The translations under genes and the position numbers were made by a program. The notes under the pieces were generated by a model. That model was not told the origin of the DNA. It searched no databases and worked only from the letters and a program-made list of their open reading frames with translations. Below are positions 62,104 to 64,000 of a stretch of 64,000 nt of DNA, in pieces. Within the stretch, counting starts at the first letter, position 1; the number at the start of each line of letters is the position of its first letter. Source of the stretch: Macrostomum hystrix (taxonomy: Eukaryota > Animalia > Platyhelminthes); NCBI GenBank assembly GCA_950097015.1, contig CATNEN010000034.1, positions 62,001 to 126,000 on the forward strand, read 5' to 3'.

Positions 62104-63468
62104 ATGCGCGAGTGCATCTCCATTCACATCGGCCAAGCCGGTGTTCAGATCGGCAACGCCTGCTGGGAGCTCTACTGCCTAGAGCACGGTATCCAGCCAG
62201 ACGGAATGATGCTAGCGGGCAGAGAGAAGTGCGACGACTCAGCTGAAACCCTGTTCTCTGAGACAAGCTCTGGTCTGCACGTTCCTAGAGCATTGTTAGT
62301 CGACTTAGAGCCGACTGTGGTTGACGAGGTCCGCACGGGTACCTACCGACAACTGTTCCACCCGGAGCAACTCATCTCTGGCAAGGAGGATGCAGCTAAC
62401 AACTACGCACGCGGACACTACACTGCTGGCAAGGAAATCATTGGCAACGTGCGCGAGGTAGTGTCACGAGTGGCGGAGAACTGCAGCAGTCTGCAAGGTT
62501 TCTTCGTGTTCCACTCCTTTGGCGGTGGCACTGGTGCCGGCTTCACTTCACTGCTGATGGAAAAACTGGGTACCGAGTATGGCAAAAAGGCCAAGCTGCA
62601 GGGTTCCATCTATCCCGCTCCTCAGATCTGTAGTGCAGTGGTGGAGCCTTTCAACTCCATTCTCTGTACAAACGGCACGCAACGGCACTCGGACTGTTCG
62701 TTCATTATGGACAACGAGGCTATCTATGATATCTGCAAAAAGAACTTGGACATTGATAGGCCAACGTACACCAATCTAAACAGGCTGATCGCTCAAGTCA
62801 TCTCTTCAATTACTGTCTCTTTGCGGTTCGAAGGTTCATTGAACGTAGACATCACTGAGTTCCAGACGAACCTCGTGCCTTACCCGAAGATCCACTTCCC
62901 TCTTGCAACGTACGCACCGATTATCTCTACCGAGAAAGCCAATCACGAGATGCTCAAAGTCCGAGACATCACCAACGAATGCTTCGAGTCGAAAAGTCAA
63001 CTGGTGAAGTGTGACCCGCGACACGGAAAATACATGGCCTGCTGTCTGCTGTACCGTGGAGATGTCTCTTCAAAGGATGTCAACGATTCCATTCAAAAGA
63101 TTAAGAGCAAACGCGATATCCAGTTTGTGGACTGGTGTCCTACAGGCTTTAAGGTAGGCCTAAACTTCCAGCCTCCTACCGTCGTACCTGGAGGCGATCT
63201 GGCGAAGGTGCCCCGAGCGCTCTGCATGCTAAGCAACACCACTGCAATCGCAGAGGCCTGGGATCGACTGGCATACAAGTTCGACCTAATGTACTCCAAA
63301 CGAGCATTTGTTCACTGGTACGTCGGAGAAGGTATGGAGGAAGGAGAGTTCGCCGAGGCACGCGAAGAGCTGGGCTCCATGCAAAAGGACTACGAAGAGG
63401 TCGGTGTGGACACTGTTGAAGGCGAGGAGGAAGAGGTCGAAGAGATGGATAAGGAAGGTTCGCAGTGA
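62104..63468 (+). CDS. TUBA: Divergent alpha-tubulin, 454 aa, intronless CDS
   Basis: MRECISIH N-terminus, [37 protein letters not shown] and [20 protein letters not shown]. Confidence 0.97.
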   Translation: MRECISIHIGQAGVQIGNACWELYCLEHGIQPDGMMLAGREKCDDSAETLFSETSSGLHVPRALLVDLEPTVVDEVRTGTYRQLFHPEQLISGKEDAANNYARGHYTAGKEIIGNVREVVSRVAENCSSLQGFFVFHSFGGGTGAGFTSLLMEKLGTEYGKKAKLQGSIYPAPQICSAVVEPFNSILCTNGTQRHSDCSFIMDNEAIYDICKKNLDIDRPTYTNLNRLIAQVISSITVSLRFEGSLNVDITEFQTNLVPYPKIHFPLATYAPIISTEKANHEMLKVRDITNECFESKSQLVKCDPRHGKYMACCLLYRGDVSSKDVNDSIQKIKSKRDIQFVDWCPTGFKVGLNFQPPTVVPGGDLAKVPRALCMLSNTTAIAEAWDRLAYKFDLMYSKRAFVHWYVGEGMEEGEFAEAREELGSMQKDYEEVGVDTVEGEEEEVEEMDKEGSQ

Positions 63469-64000
63469 ACGAAAATGTCAAATGCGATATGTCTGGACTC
63501 TTCAAAGGACATCATTGAAAAGTAGTAAAAAAGTTGTAAATACTCGTACATTATGTCTGACTTCTACCGGAAAACTTTGAGATAGCTATTTTGGCACATC
63601 AATTACGTGCTGCTTTAGGAAGCTCTTTTATTTATTTTTATTATTACTGTGACTACATGAATGCGTCGCTACAAGTTGCCAGTATGGCATCTATTTTATG
63701 TCTACTTTTCGTTTTCTGTTTTTTTACTCAAAGAAGCACTTTTGCTTTTCAATCTTGCGTCACCTTTACTTTAGCCTATTTTGCAATATGAATTGAATCC
63801 GGTTATCCCCTCAACAGGTGCATAGTTTTATCACTTGTGCCAAATAGAAATACTTGTCATAACACCTGCACTTTATGTAAAATATGCTTAGAATGCAAAG
63901 CATAGTTCGCCTATACGTAAATTAGAACAACGGGTTGAGCTTTTCATGCTTAGTTTAAAAATATCTGAGTGTTGAATTCTATAAAAAAATCGATATCAAG

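Overview
This is eukaryotic (metazoan) genomic DNA, not prokaryotic. It has GC-rich exons, short AT-rich GT-AG introns, and roughly 18 kb (about 29%, my rough sum) of unrelated minisatellite arrays. That style suggests a flatworm such as Macrostomum, which is an inference. I reconstructed ten protein genes by hand with splice phases checked: an RCC1-repeat protein (-), NAGK, an atypical R-Smad, DNMBP/Tuba (one apparent 1-nt frameshift) and DENR (all +), a bestrophin with a very long acidic tail, an MXRA7-like protein, SDR39U1 and ITPA (all -), and a divergent alpha-tubulin (+). The strongest unexplained signal is that three conserved genes (NAGK, Smad, SDR39U1) have no ATG at their conserved N-terminus. 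Each begins in phase 0 directly after a 3' splice acceptor, which fits spliced-leader (SL) trans-splicing in which the flatworm SL 3'-terminal AUG supplies the initiator Met. These genes lie in two co-oriented, operon-like clusters. Dispersed repeats include a hAT-like MITE family with exact 8-bp TSDs, a ~530-bp TIR element family, two tRNA-headed SINE-like families and a foldback element. No rRNA, intact tRNA or CRISPR array was found.
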